A DNA stretch of 64,000 nucleotides from Eledone cirrhosa. Taxonomy: Eukaryota. Of this stretch, positions 29,183 to 43,800 are shown one piece after another. Below the pieces are notes generated by a model that was not told the DNA's origin, made no database searches, and saw nothing but the letters and a program-made list of their open reading frames with translations. Numbering within the stretch: position 1 is the stretch's first letter; every line of letters starts with the position of its first letter. The position numbers and the translations under genes were made by a program. The stretch is from positions 12,896,001 through 12,960,000 of the forward strand of contig OZ024753.1 in assembly GCA_964016885.1 (NCBI GenBank), given 5' to 3'.

Positions 29183-29365
29183 TTGGCAGTATCGGTAGAG
29201 GGTCGGACGCCATGCTTTGTAGCACAGAATTACGGCCCTTTATGATCTGAGTTCAATTCCCGCTGAGGTCAACTTTGCCTTTCATCCTTACGGGGTCGAT
29301 AAAATAAAGTACCGGTAATACACTGGGATAATTGCTGACCTTGTGCCAAAAGTATAAACAATTAT
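29183..29365 (+). mobile_element. tRNA-derived SINE, family A
   Basis: A- and B-boxes, core and tail. Confidence 0.9.
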
Positions 29366-29889
29366 ATTTCGTTTAGCAGAAAGAAAATTTCCTAAGTATT
29401 TCATAATTCTGTTATTACGAGGATAATTTAAAGTTAAGGCGATATCCACTTCTACATTTAAGGATATGTTGTGAAAGTTTCAAATAAAATGAAAATTTCA
29501 GAAATATATTAGTTGGTGTCAAAGATCTTAAATCAATAAGTACATGTCAATTTCATTTACTCAAAGTTGTTACATATATCGTTAAATAATTTCATCTACA
29601 AGAATATATATTTGGAGGGAAAACATTGGCTTCCGGCCGAACGTTGTGTCACATACAACTATATGGCCTACCACATATATATGTTCTGTATCAAATAGCC
29701 ATTACTAAAAATGCCGGCAGGTTTTACATATTCATTGGTAATCAATGAAAGAGATATTTTCTTTTACATTATTACTAGAATTTTCAACTTGAGGGCAACT
29801 AGACTAAGTAAGGGCTCCGACGTCACGTCCTGCGCGTCGTCGATATGTATTACCTTTGTAATTTAATGTCAAAAACACTAATAAAGTCT

Positions 29890-30575
29890 TACTACTACTA
29901 CTACTACTACCACCTCCACCACTACTATTACTACCACCACCACTACTACTACTTCTACCACCACTACTACTACTACTACTACCACTACTACTACTACCAA
30001 CACCAACACCAACACCACTACTACTACTACTACTACTACCACTACTACCACTACCCCCACCCCCACCACCACCACCACTTCTACTATTACTACCACCACT
30101 GCTACTATTACTACCACCACTACTACCACCACCACTACTACCACCACCACTACTACCACCACTACTACTACCACCACCACTACTACTAATGCTACTACTA
30201 CTACTACTACTACGACGACGACTACTGCTACTACTAATACTGGTTTCATCTATTGGCCACAAGGGCCGACATAAAGGGGACAATACTGTAGACGGGGACA
30301 GTGAGGGGGTTTTACACAAAAAAAATCTAGTAAAAATTAGGAAAACAATAACAAAAGACAAGAAAATTAAAAACACCAGAAGTTCCCCAATAGGGAGGGT
30401 AAACACCCAGGGTTGAGTCAGGTACCCCACCAATCTTGAACCACCTGACGATTCGAGAGCCCCTGGGAAGGGCACTCCTCTCTTCCTTAAATTGACCAGC
30501 AGCCTACAGGCGCATGGTCAGGGCAGGGCCACTCACACCGGCCATTCTGGCCACAGTCACCCACCTTTTAACAAA
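29890..30575 (-). mobile_element. Probable Tx1-like LINE 3'UTR with degenerate (TAG/TGG)n tail
   Basis: Terminal motif ctttatgtcggcccttgtggccaata on the minus strand matches 8143-8174; adjoins the (ACT/ACC)n tract at 29890-30240. Confidence 0.5.
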
Positions 30576-30580
30576 TGGAC

Positions 30581-31690
30581 AACTAGTATTACTAATAATA
30601 GTACAAATGTACAACTAGTATTGCTAATAATAGTACAAATGTACAACTAGTATTACTAATAATAGTACAAATGTACAACTAGTATTACTAATAATAGTAC
30701 AAATGTACAACTAGTATTGCTAATAATAGTACAAATGTACAACTAGTATTACTAATAATAGTACAAATGTACAACTAGTATTGCTAATAATAGTACAAAT
30801 GTATAACTAGTATTACTAATAATAGTACAAATGTACAACTAGTATTACTAATAATAGTACAAATGTACAACTAGTATTGCTAATAATAGTACAAATGTAC
30901 AACTAGTATTACTAATAATAGTACAAATGTACAACTAGTATTGCTAATAATAGTACAAATGTATAACTAGTATTACTAATAATTGTTTCTACTTTTGGCA
31001 CAAGGCCAGCAATTATCCCAGTGTATTACTGGTACTTTATTTTATCGACCCCGTAAGGATGAAAGGCAAAGTTGACCCCGGCGGGATTTGAACTCAGAAT
31101 GGCAAGGGCCGTAACTCTATGCTAGAAAACATGGCGTCCGACCCTCTACCGATACTGCCAATCCACCCCCATTTACAAATGTATAATTAGTATTACTAAT
31201 AATAGTACAAATGTACAACTAGTATTACTAATAATTGTTTCTACGTTTGGCACAAGGCCAGCAATTACCCAGTGCATTACTGGTACTTTATTTTATCGAT
31301 CCTGTAAGGATGAAAGGCAAAGTTAACTTCGGCGGGATTTGAACTCAGAATGGCAAGGGCCGTAACTCTATGCCTCAAAGCATGGCGACCGACCCTCTAC
31401 CATTACTGCCAATCCACCGCCCTAGTATTACTAATAATTGTTTCTACTTTTGGCACAAGGCCAGCAATTACCCAGTGTATTACTGGTACTTTATTTTATC
31501 TACCCCATAAGGATAGTATTACTAACAATAGTACATATGTATAACTAGTATTACTAATAATAGTTTCGACTATAGGCACAAGGCCAGCAATTTGAAGGGA
31601 GGGGAAAGTCGATTAAATCGACCCCACTGCGTGACTGGTACTTTATTTTTTTTTTATCGACCCCGTAAGGATGAAAGGCAAAGCTAAACA
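30581..31690. repeat. 32-bp minisatellite (about 12.5 copies) followed by four family-A SINE copies (-) separated by further 32-bp units
   Basis: Unit aactagtattactaataatagtacaaatgtac. SINEs at about 30983-31168, 31232-31421, 31436-31513 and 31562-31686. Confidence 0.92.
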
Positions 31691-32696
31691 GATTTTAGAT
31701 CTGTCCGGGTATCAAAGGCAGTTGCCCGATATAGGTTTGTTAGTTTTATTGGTTTATTACTTTAAATCGAGACAGGCAAACCATATTGTTTTAAATGAGT
31801 ATTTTTTCAACCTAGCTAACTTGGTCATTTGCAATTGGAGCACATGTTTAATTATATCTGTGTTCATCCCTCTGGCGCCAGACAGTTGAGAGGGACCTGC
31901 GAGCGACAAACAGACAATGGTGAGACGCTGTGCAACTGGCTGCTGACCGAACGCGATGGAACACTATGATTGCCTCATGTGTCGCAAGACGCGGGAACTT
32001 CTGAGTCTGAGTCTGAGTCTGAGTCATCCCTCTCATATATTCAATTATATGAGACGGCTCGGCAAGATTCCCTTCCTTGAGCTATTTAATTGTAAAATAC
32101 AACTTTGAGTTTCTAACTCAATCTATGATATATATCACCTATATAACTCACCCACACACACACACCCCAAAAAATGTTTTTTCTCCACACGCCACCTACA
32201 CCCACAACACGCTTAAACCCCACACACGTGCTTTCCACCACATATCTACACCCTCAGCCTCCTGATTCCTCTCCCCCACCCCTCTATCCACACATGCACA
32301 TACACTCCGACCCACAAACTTCCCCCCACACACACCTCTTCCTGAACATGCAACCCCGTTCTTCCCCCAACCCTTACTTTCACATACACACACACCTACA
32401 CACACACACCACCTTCAGCCCTCCCCGCTCGGACACCCCGTCTCCCTCTCCCCACTCCACCCGCCACCACCCCTACACACCCCACACCCTTCCACCACCT
32501 GTTTAACCCCCTTTTTATTTCAGTTTATTTTGATCATGCCTTTATTTTTAAATTTATCTCATTCCTTGTATTTTGATCATGCTTTATTTTTATTTTTATC
32601 TTTATTTTTTTATTTTTTCATTCGCACCGTTTCCTTTCGCTATATGTCTCTCCACCACTCCCCTACACACCCTTTGAACTCTGTTCCCACACCCTT

Positions 32697-32732
32697 CCCA
32701 CCTGAGGAAGGGCTTATGCCCGAAACGTCGTC
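32697..32732 (+). ncRNA. Minimal hammerhead motif (Penelope-type)
   Basis: CUGAGGA-A-GGGC(UUAU)GCCC-GAAAC-GUC^; stem I only about 2 bp. Confidence 0.6.
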
Positions 32733-32819
32733 CCCCACCAACACCCCTCTCTCCAGAGCGTGAAATTAATAAACATTTGTTGTACTGCCTCTCTGTTTTG
32801 TCCCTGTTCAAATTTTTCC

Positions 32820-32906
<87 letters not shown>

Positions 32907-33131
32907 GTTTATCGCTCTACATGGCTGAATACAAGAAATGTAAATCTGGGGCTTTCGAATATTAATGCTAATATTAGATTCACTTGCAATTATGCAAACA
33001 GGCTCTTAAATCCACGTGGGTAGAACGACCCCGTCAAACAGAACGGCAGACACTAATGTTTCTAGGTGATTACTCTTCATCAGTACCGTATACTGCTTAC
33101 CTGACAACATTGTCATTATTATTATTGAATT

Positions 33132-33698
33132 GGCGGTGGATTGGCAGTATCAGTAGAGGGCCGGACGCCATGCTTTGACGCATAGAGTTACGGCCCTTGC
33201 CATTCTGAGTTCAAATCCCGCCGAGGTTAACATTGCCTTTCATCCTTACGGGGTCGATAAAATAAAGTACCAGTAATACACTGGGTAATTGCTGGCCTTG
33301 TGCCTAAAGTAGAAACAATTATTATTGAATTGGCAATATCTGTAGAGAGTCGGACGCCATGTTTTCCAGCATAGTTACGTCCCTTTACGATCTGAGTTCA
33401 AATCCCGCCGAGGTTGACTTTGCCTTTGATCCTTACGGGGTCGATAAAATAAAGTACCAGTAATGCACTGGGTAATTGTTGCCCTTGTGCCTAAAGTAGA
33501 AACAATTATAATTGAATTGGCAGTATCGGTAGAGGGTCGGACGCCATGCTTTCCAGCATAGTTACGTCCCTTTACGATCTGAGTTCAAATCCCGCCGAGG
33601 GTGACTTTGCCTTTCATCCTCACGGGGTCGATAAAATAAAGTACCAGTAATGCACTGGGTAATTGTTGCCCTTGTGCCTAAAGTAGAAACAATTATTA
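33132..33698 (+). mobile_element. Three head-to-tail family-A SINE copies
   Basis: Period about 187-190 bp; each copy has A- and B-boxes. Confidence 0.92.
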
Positions 33699-33944
33699 TA
33701 AATAAAGCTTGAAATGATGGTTCTGAGAAAAATAAAATAGTAAAAGTCTATTTAGGATTGACAATTCTTTAAGCAGGTTGAAGTCTTAATTTTGTGCACA
33801 AGATTGTATATTACAAACTGAAGGATTACGTTCAAACTCTTGCCATGTTGCTAATCTGTTTGTACGAAGGTGTATTGTCTAATATATACATATATCAGTG
33901 TGTGTGTGTGTAATTATATGCATATGTATATATAAATGTGGGAG

Positions 33945-34848
<904 letters not shown>

Positions 34849-35035
34849 AATATTAATATTATAAAGATTAATCAGACTGGTACGTAGGATTTTATTTGCA
34901 ATATTTTCGATGTTGTACGCAAAGACATTTCGATCAGATCGATTGTAGGTTGTTCTAGGGAAATGTATATAAATATGTATATGTATATATATATACATAC
35001 ATATGTATATATATACATACATATATATACTGGAC

Positions 35036-35704
35036 ATGAAAGAAATTTGCCCATTATACAGGAGCAAATCATGAAATAGATTAGATAGGGCTAGACATAA
35101 GATAGGGAAAGCCACCTCATGGTACGACAACCAGAGATACCAAAGTGTCATGTATGTGGACGCTACCCCTGGAGGAAAATTAGCTAACCAGTGTAGAAAG
35201 GCCCTGAGAAAGACCCACTTAAAGATTAAGGGGGTAGAAAAGCCAGGAACCACCATAAAATCTTTGATCAGCAAAACCTACCCTTTTAAGAAAACCCACT
35301 GTACTAATAGGAAATGTATCATATGTAAGGTATACCCCCGGATAAACTGTAAAACTAGAAACGTAATCTATAGCATCAGATGTACAGAGGGCAATTGCAG
35401 AAACATGACAACAACATACATAGGTGAGACAGCTCGTAGCATAGGTGAAAGGATAGACCAACACTAGGGGGAAATAAAAGGACGAAAAAATGGTTCAGTA
35501 CTATACGAACATGCCAGACAACAACACGACGGTAACATAGACAACATAGAAATTAGAATAATATCTAAACATAGAAATGACCCAGCAGATAGGCAAATTA
35601 GAGAGGCCAGTGAAATAGAACTTAGAAGGCCAAGGCTAAACAGAAAGAATGAATGGAACAACAACAACAGCCAAACAAACAACACTGACCTAAGAGAAGT
35701 ATAA
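35036..35704 (+). pseudogene. Penelope-like element (Naiad/Neptune-like) linker Zn-finger and GIY-YIG endonuclease, 5'-truncated
   Basis: One frame: [63 protein letters not shown], with two in-frame stops. Confidence 0.9.
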
Positions 35705-35960
35705 ATAAATAACTAGATAAATAAATAAATACATACACAAGCACAATAACAACAAACACATATAAACACAGACTAGTAAAGATAGAATACATGAACCAAT
35801 ACAAAGTCACCCAATCACGAACACGCATCAAACAAAACACTATACACACACGCAAACGCATGCGCAAAGAAGACAAAATAAAATAAACAAATAAATAAAT
35901 ATATAAACAGATTAAATAAAGATGGCGTAGAAAATACAATGCAACGGGAGGAAACAATAG

Positions 35961-36004
35961 CACCACTGACGATGTTGCAGATGTGCAACGAAAGAACTTT
36001 GATA
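35961..36004 (+). ncRNA. Hammerhead motif in the 3' pLTR of the Penelope-like element
   Basis: CUGACGA-U-GUUGCA(GAUG)UGCAAC-GAAAG. Related copy at about 48915-48965(-), with a partial inverted copy at about 49020-49100. Confidence 0.65.
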
Positions 36005-36171
36005 AACTATATATATGTGTTTGTGTCTATATTGTATCTGTATTATTTTTGACCGTTGGTCAGTCAATGGCAACATTGAGAACCGAATAAATTAGATTAC
36101 CGATATAAAAGACACAGAAGCGAAAAGCGAAAACCAACCAAACAGTGAGTGTGTTATGTTATTATTTCTGG

Positions 36172-36220
<49 letters not shown>

Positions 36221-36224
<4 letters not shown>

Positions 36225-36408
36225 AACCAGTAAGACCCCGACGGCTGAGCTCAAGCCGTTTCGACGGCTAATTCGGAGAATTAGCCGTCGAAACGGCTTG
36301 AGCTTAGCCGTCCGGGTCTTACTGGTTCCTATTACCCACTCTACTACCCTAAGTATTGAATACTTTGGTGCGTTATGGTCCACCTGGTTCCTTACCACAT
36401 TTCCTTCG

Positions 36409-36411
<3 letters not shown>
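36221..36411 (+). mobile_element. Penelope-like pLTR fragment with fold-back palindrome
   Basis: Same family as 1268-1462. Confidence 0.7.
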
Positions 36412-36473
<62 letters not shown>

Positions 36474-37110
36474 TAAAGTTAGTCCTTCATCAGTGATCTT
36501 CCAACCTTCATTGGTATTTCATCGCTTTCAAGACCATATACCTCCGGTTGGTGCGAGCAACGGCTAAAGAAAGGCGTTGGGACACGTAAATAAGGGGAAC
36601 AAGCGAGACTGTAAACAATCAAAGATGGCAATGCAACGAAAAGTGAGGAAGAAGGAGTCAAGTCCCAGAATTCTATAAATATAAGTTCTGTGAAATCGTG
36701 GACGAAAGAGAATAAAGACCATCAAACCTAGTCGAAATGTGAGCAAGGAAGGAATTCCGCACAGGTCAAACGGGAGGAAGAAGGAGTCCAGTCCGTGGAT
36801 TCGGTGAACATAAGTTCTGTGAAATCGTAGACGAGAGAGAAAAAAAGGAACAACCAGCCTGGTCAAGTGTGCGTGAGGAAAGAATTTCGCACAGGTCAAA
36901 CGGGAGGAAGTAGGAGAGGGAGTAGCAGAGAGTGAGTGAGTGAAAGCTGAGGAAGAGGCTAACAGAGAGAGTGACTGTTAGAGAAGATACAGAGAAAGAG
37001 GAAGCAGTAAGAATGAAAAAGACGGGTATAAACCCGTAGAACAAATATTTATTATTGGCACTTGGCACAGATTAAATATTTAACCAAATAATTCCTGCTT
37101 TCACCTTAAG

Positions 37111-37156
37111 AGTTTCTGATGACCCCTCTTAAGGCGAAAGCACTATTTGCTTAAAC
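37111..37156 (+). ncRNA. Type I hammerhead motif
   Basis: GUUU-CUGAUGA-[CCU..AGG]-GAAA-GCA(CUAUU)UGC-UU^AAAC, preceded directly by an inverted copy of its 3' half. Confidence 0.65.
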
Positions 37157-37594
37157 ATTTCATCCGTGATAATAATATATATACATATATATTTATATTG
37201 ATTGATAGAAAGAGCGAGAGAGAGAGAGAGAGGGAGAGATCGACAGACAGGCATACAGACAGACAAATAAATATATATATACAGATATATATATAGTGAA
37301 AGAGTGAAGAATAACATGGTCGACAGCACAAAAAGGGTTTTATTTACAGTATTAACAATTGTTTCATTGATTAAGTTGTCTAAAAATTGCAAATCACTTG
37401 AAGTTGTGTCACTCAATTTTAAATACAATGTATGCTTAACCAAATCATCAGAAAAACTGATATATATATATATATATATATATATTTATTAAAATATTTG
37501 CTCTACGGTTTTTATATATTTGATATATATTTATCCTTATCGAGCCCTCTTTGGATTTTAGTCTTCAAATTTATTATTATTACTATATATATAT

Positions 37595-37804
37595 ATATAG
37601 CTTCTACTTTAGGCACATGGTCAGCAATTTTGGGGAGGGGAAAGTAGATTAAATCGACCCAGGTGCGTTACTGGTACTTTATCTAACCCCGTTAGGATGA
37701 AAAGCAAAGCTAACTTCGGCATGATTTAAAATCAGAACGTAAAGGGCCATAACTCTATGCTGTAAAGCATGATGTCTCACGTTCTACCAACACTGTCAAT
37801 CCAC
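37595..37804 (-). mobile_element. tRNA-derived SINE, family A (diverged)
   Basis: Core and head recognisable. Confidence 0.8.
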
Positions 37805-37818
37805 AATAATAATAATAA

Positions 37819-39885
37819 TACATAAAGTAAACTCCAGGAATGGGAAGGTGGATATTTAACATAAAGTAAACTCCAGGAATGGGAAGGTGGATATTTAACA
37901 TAAAGTAAACTCCAGGGATGGAAAGGTGGATATTTAACATAAAGTAAACTCCAGGATTGGAAAGGTGGATATTTAACATAAAGTAAACTCCAGGAATAGA
38001 AAGGTGGATATTTAACATAAAGTAAACTCCAGGATTGGAAAGGTGGATATTTAACATAAAGTAAACTCCAGGAATAGAAAGGTGGATATTTAACATAAAG
38101 TAAACTCCAGGATTGGAAAGGTGGATATTTAACATAAAGTAAACTCCAGGAATAGAAAGGTGGATATTTAACATAAAGTAAACTCCAGGATTGGAAAGGT
38201 GGATATTTAACATAAAGTAAACTCCAGGAATGGAAAGGTGGATATTTAACATAAAGTAAACTCCAGGATTGGAAAGGTGGATATTTAACATAAAGTAAAC
38301 TCCAGGAATAGAAAGGTGGATATTTAACATAAAGTAAACTCCAGGATTGGAAAGGTGGATATTTAACATAAAGTAAACTCCAGGAATAGAAAGGTGGATA
38401 TTTAACATAAAGTAAACTCCAGGATTTGAAAGGTGGATATTTAACATAAAGTAAACTCCAGGAATAGAAAGCTGGATATTTAACATAAAGTAACTCCAGG
38501 GATGGAAAGCTGGATATTTAACATAAGGTAAACTCCAGGATTTGAAAGGTGGATATTTAACATAAAGTAACTCCAGGGATGGAAAGCTGGATATTTAACA
38601 TAAGGTAAACTCCAGGAATCGAAAGGTGGATATTTAACATAAAGTAAACTCCAGGAATAGAAAGCTGGATATTTAACATAAAGTAACTCCAGGGATGGAA
38701 AGCTGGATATTTAATATAAGGTAAACTCCGGGAACGGAAAGCTGGATATTTAACATAAGGTAAACTCCAGGAATGGAAAGGTGGATATTTAACATAAAGT
38801 AAACTCCAGGAATGGAAAGGTGGATATTTAACATAAAGTAAACTCCAGGGATGGAAAGCTGGATATTTAACATAAAGTAAACTCCAGGGATGGAAAGCTG
38901 GATATTTAACATAAAGTAAACTCCAGGGATGGAAAGGTGGATATTTAACATAAAGTAAACTCCGGGGACCTAAAGCTGGATATTTAACATAAAGTAAACT
39001 CCAGGATTGGAAAGCTGGATATTTAACATAAGGTAAACTCCGGGAACGGAAAGCTGGATATTTAACATAAGGTAAACTCCGGGAACGGAAAGCTGGATAT
39101 TTAACATAAGGTAAACTCCGGGGACGGAAAGCTGGATATTTAACATAAAGTAAACTCCAGGAATAGAAAGGTGGATATTTAACATAAAGTAAACTCCAGG
39201 AATAGAAAGGTGGATATTTAACATAAAGTAAACTCCAGGTATGGAAAGCTGGATATTTAACATAAGGTAAACTCCGGGAACGGAAAGCTGGATATTTAAC
39301 ATAAGGTAAACTCCGGGGACGGAAAGCTGGATATTTAACATAAAGTAAACTCCAGGATTTGAAAGGTGGATATTTAACATAAAGTAAACTCCAGGAATGG
39401 AAAGCTGGATATTTAACATAAGGTAAACTCCGGGGACGGAAAGCTGGATATTTAACATAAGGTAAACTCCGGGGACGGAAAGCTGGATATTTAACATAAG
39501 GTAAACTCCGGGGACGGAAAGCTGGATATTTAACATAAAGTAAACTCCAGGGACGGAAAGCTGGATATTTAACATAAGGTAAACTCCGGGGACGGAAAGC
39601 TGGATATTTAACATAAAGTAAACTCCAGGGATGGAAAGCTGGATATTTAACATAAAGTAAACTCCAGGGATGGAAAGCTGGATATTTAACATAAAGTAAA
39701 CTCCAGGGATGGAAAGCTGGATATTTAACATAAAGTAAACTCCAGGAATGGAAAGGTGGATATTTAACATAAAGTAAACTCCAGGAATGGGAAGGTGGAT
39801 ATTTAACATAAGGTAAACTCCGGGGACGGAAAGCTGGATATTTAACATAAAGTAAACTCCAGGAATGGAAAACTGGATATTTAAC
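37819..39885. repeat. 39-bp tandem repeat, about 53 copies
   Basis: Unit taacataaagtaaactccaggaatggaaaggtggatatt. Confidence 0.97.
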
Positions 39886-40495
39886 TTTCTAAAGCTTCCA
39901 CTGCGAGTCATTTATATATCTCCATTTCTCCAGACGAGATATTTGGAGGAGGAGAAATGGTAGGCAGATAATTAAGTTCATGTAAAATGCTAAAGGGGAA
40001 ATAATTATAATATATGTTTACAAAAAGCAAGTGGTATTAGTTTAGATCGGATTATACAACTGCAAACAAATTATTAATACTAATAGCAAATAACTCCAAA
40101 ATATTTTATCTTTTGTTTCACTAGCAATAAGATTAATATTTATTTTGAATTCATAGGATAGAATAAGTAATAGCAATGTTTGGTTTCAATGATTGTCTCA
40201 GAGAATGGAATAGAAATTTAAATTAAATCTACTGCCAAACACATAGGCTATTTAAATTCTAATTTCTAGGATTAATTGGTTTTCCTGATCTTTCGGAAAT
40301 TGACAATTTTCTATAAAGAACAGATTATAATAAAGCCTATCTTCCAGAATTTATCTCGTTTGGGAGTGGATTAAAATGTTTGATTTTTTAAAATGAATGA
40401 AGGAATTATTATATGTATAAACATACAAAGATGTTATTCTAAAATAAATATTACATATTCTAGATATATCCATCCACCACTCGCCGCCAACTCAT

Positions 40496-40544
<49 letters not shown>

Positions 40545-40808
40545 AAGGCGGGTAAAATTCCCGAGATCCATGGACGAGTTCTCTCCAGCAGTCTCTGTCC
40601 CTCATTATCGCTGCCATGTCCTGCATCTCCAACAGACCAGTGTCTGTCCTTAGGGCATCAACATACGTTAACCTTGGTCTTCCTCTTCTAGTGTGTCCAT
40701 GTAGGGGCTCCCAAAGGAGCACTGAGTGCAATGTCAACTCTGGATGTCGGTGAACATGTCCAGCCAACCTCAGTCACCTCTGTGTCACTTTTGAGCTGAC
40801 TTTTGGGA
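40545..40808 (-). pseudogene. RTE LINE 3' fragment
   Basis: LAGHVHRHPE..LLWEP.HG..RRGRP..TYVDAL..D..M.DRD.WR. Confidence 0.85.
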
Positions 40809-40854
40809 TATATATACCCCATCCGTCTCGTCAATCTATCTAATTTCTCATACT

Positions 40855-40892
40855 TTCTTCTGATGAAGGACTAGCGTCCGAAACGTTAAGAG
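40855..40892 (+). ncRNA. Minimal type I hammerhead (dimer-type stem III)
   Basis: UUCUU-CUGAUGA-A-GGAC(UAGC)GUCC-GAAAC-GUU^AAGAG. A degraded relative lies at about 44149-44187(-). Confidence 0.72.
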
Positions 40893-41745
40893 CCACTTCC
40901 TGCTATTTGAAGCGTTAACCTAATATATTCCTTCCATATACTGTGCCGATTGGGTTATTATTTCTGTTTACCTTTTACATACGTATATATATATATATAT
41001 ATAACGAACGAGGTGTGGTAAGGAACCAGATGGACCATAACACACCAGAGTACTCAATACTTAGGGTAGTAGAGTGGGTAATAGGAAAATGTTTAACCCT
41101 GACGAAACGGCTTGAGCTCTGCCGTCAGGGTTAAACATTTTCCATACTTATATTTAAGTAACAGCCGTACTAGGAGTGGGAAATGAAATTTCGTTTCATT
41201 TTTTCCGTTTATCGTTTTCGGTGCACCCGGCCGATTAACCCACTCGATATGCAAATTGGGCTACTCAGCCGTTAATATGCATAGGGTAAGTATATACGTT
41301 CAACAATCTGGCAGGAAGGAGAGAGAGGGAGATAGAGGGAGAGAGGGAGGGAGAGAGAGGGTGGAAGAGAGAGGGAGAGAGATGGAGAGAGAGAGGGATG
41401 GAGAGAGAGGGAGGAAGAGAGAGGGAGAGAGAAAACAAGATTAATGTAAAGTTGTCCTTTAAAATAGGATCAAACTGTAAAATATTGAATTCTCAAGCAA
41501 ATTTATTTTTATTGATTATTTTGTATGATAGTTCAGGAAGACTTGAATAAGATTTACAGGATATCATATAGCGTATATCTTTAATACAGCTATATAACAT
41601 ATTTCTACTCCATATCATACAGCGTATATCTTTATTACAGCTATATAACATATTTCTACTCCATATCATATAACATATATCTTTACTACAGCTATATAAA
41701 ATAATTCTACTTTATATCATATAACGTATTTCTACTTTATATTGA

Positions 41746-41885
41746 ACTAGCAGTATGGCCCGGCGTTGCACGAGATTTGCTCTAGGGTTCCTATATATTT
41801 GATACATATTTATCTTTATCGAGCCTCGTGAAATAAATACGTTTGTTTATATTTTGTTATTGTGTATGCAAAAATATTTGTACAC

Positions 41886-41939
<54 letters not shown>

Positions 41940-42123
41940 CAGTACAAGAAGTACGGAATACCTTGGCCTCGGAATGGTGTCTACATTTTGTGCTTATAGA
42001 AAAAATTTGTCGTAGATTACCAGGGTTTTTTCCGTGCGAAGAAAATCAATACTTTATCGCGAAATAAATACTTTTGTTTATATTTTGTTGTTGTGTATGC
42101 AAAAGTATCTGTACACGAATATA

Positions 42124-42209
<86 letters not shown>

Positions 42210-42895
42210 ATTAACAAATGGAAACTATATTTATAAAACCATATCTATTTTATTATACATATTTCAAGGATACCATGTTAAATTATGGTATGCTTTCATT
42301 AGACAAAATACAATATATACCAGTTTTATAAATAAATATTGACGTACCCTTTCGAAATGCAACCGTTACTTTTGGAAGACATCAAGGATAGTATATATAT
42401 ATATTAAAATAACAGATTAAAGTTTAAGCAAAGAATCGCTGCTTTCACCCTTAACGGGATCTTCTGAAACTAAAAAATTAATCTGTGAACGCAGAAGTAA
42501 ATATTTCGAAAAACGTTACACACTATATATATATATATACACACACACTATATATTCATATATACACACACACATACACACACACACACCGCGTCATAAT
42601 GTCGTAATGCAGACAGCCAGACATACAGATAGATATTATAAGGGCGCAACGTTATATATATGTATATATCTAAAAAGAGAAAGACTAAGAATTATAGAGA
42701 GAGATCGCTAAATCGCCTAATGCGGTGCCTAGGGCATTGAACTTTTGAAATCTTTGCCCAAAACACTCACAGGATCATAAGTATTACATGTGTAAAGTTT
42801 GAAAACAATCAGTTGGGTGGTTCTCGAGTTTCAGGGAGCTAAGAGACAGACAGACAGACAAACAGACAGACATTCTCTGTTTTGGATATATAGAT
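41746..42895 (+). mobile_element. Non-autonomous Helentron/DINE-like element carrying nested repeat fragments
   Basis: 5' ACTAGCAGTATGGCCCGGCGTTGCACG; 3' tgtaaagtttgaa..(ACAG)n..tatatagat. Confidence 0.6.
42421..42471 (-). ncRNA. Hammerhead-like motif with CAGAAGA core
   Basis: AGUUU-CAGAAGA-UCCC(GUUAA)GGGU-GAAA-GCA..UGC-UU^AAACU. Confidence 0.55.
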
Positions 42896-42968
42896 AAGAT
42901 GCAGCTGGATTTGACTGGTTTAATACCATGTGCAAACATATCATCCAAATTTAATTTAGTTTGGTTTA

Positions 42969-43110
<142 letters not shown>

Positions 43111-43641
43111 TAAACCAAACTAAATTAAATTTGGATGATATGGTATTAAACCAGTCAAATCCAGCTGCGTCTTATCTATATATCTAAAACATAGTATGTC
43201 TGTCTATATGTCTGTCTGTCTCTCAGCTCCCTGAAACTCGAGAACCACCCAACCGATTGTTTTCAAACTTTACATATATATATATATATGTATATATATA
43301 TATGGAGAGGGAGATTTATATATGCCTGTGTGTATATATATTTATATATATATATTTATATATATGAGTGTGTGTTTGTATGTGTGTATATATATGCGTG
43401 TGTGTGTGTGTAAGTGTGTATTTGTGTGTAAGTGTGTGTCTGTGTGTGAGTGTGCAAATGTGTATTTGTGTATGTGTTTGTTTGTATGTGTATGTGTGTG
43501 TGCCTATACAGAGAAAGAGAGAGGGACTGACCCCAGAATAGATGTATTTTACGGAGGTTAATAATATGGAGTTACAAAACTGCTATTGATTAATAGATAA
43601 ATCGATAATTATTTCGTATTATTTATTTCATTGTTTAACTT

Positions 43642-43728
<87 letters not shown>

Positions 43729-43800
43729 ACACTGAAAGGTAATATCCATAATGGTAGAGCACTCAGTCCGTGGGAGGAGTTTTACAGGTATATATATATA

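Noticed and set aside
37755-39911. 243-aa and 313-aa ORFs of MLNIHLSIPGVYF repeats
   Set aside because: A by-product of a 39-bp satellite; the frame is broken by 38-bp units and there are no unique flanking coding or splice signals.
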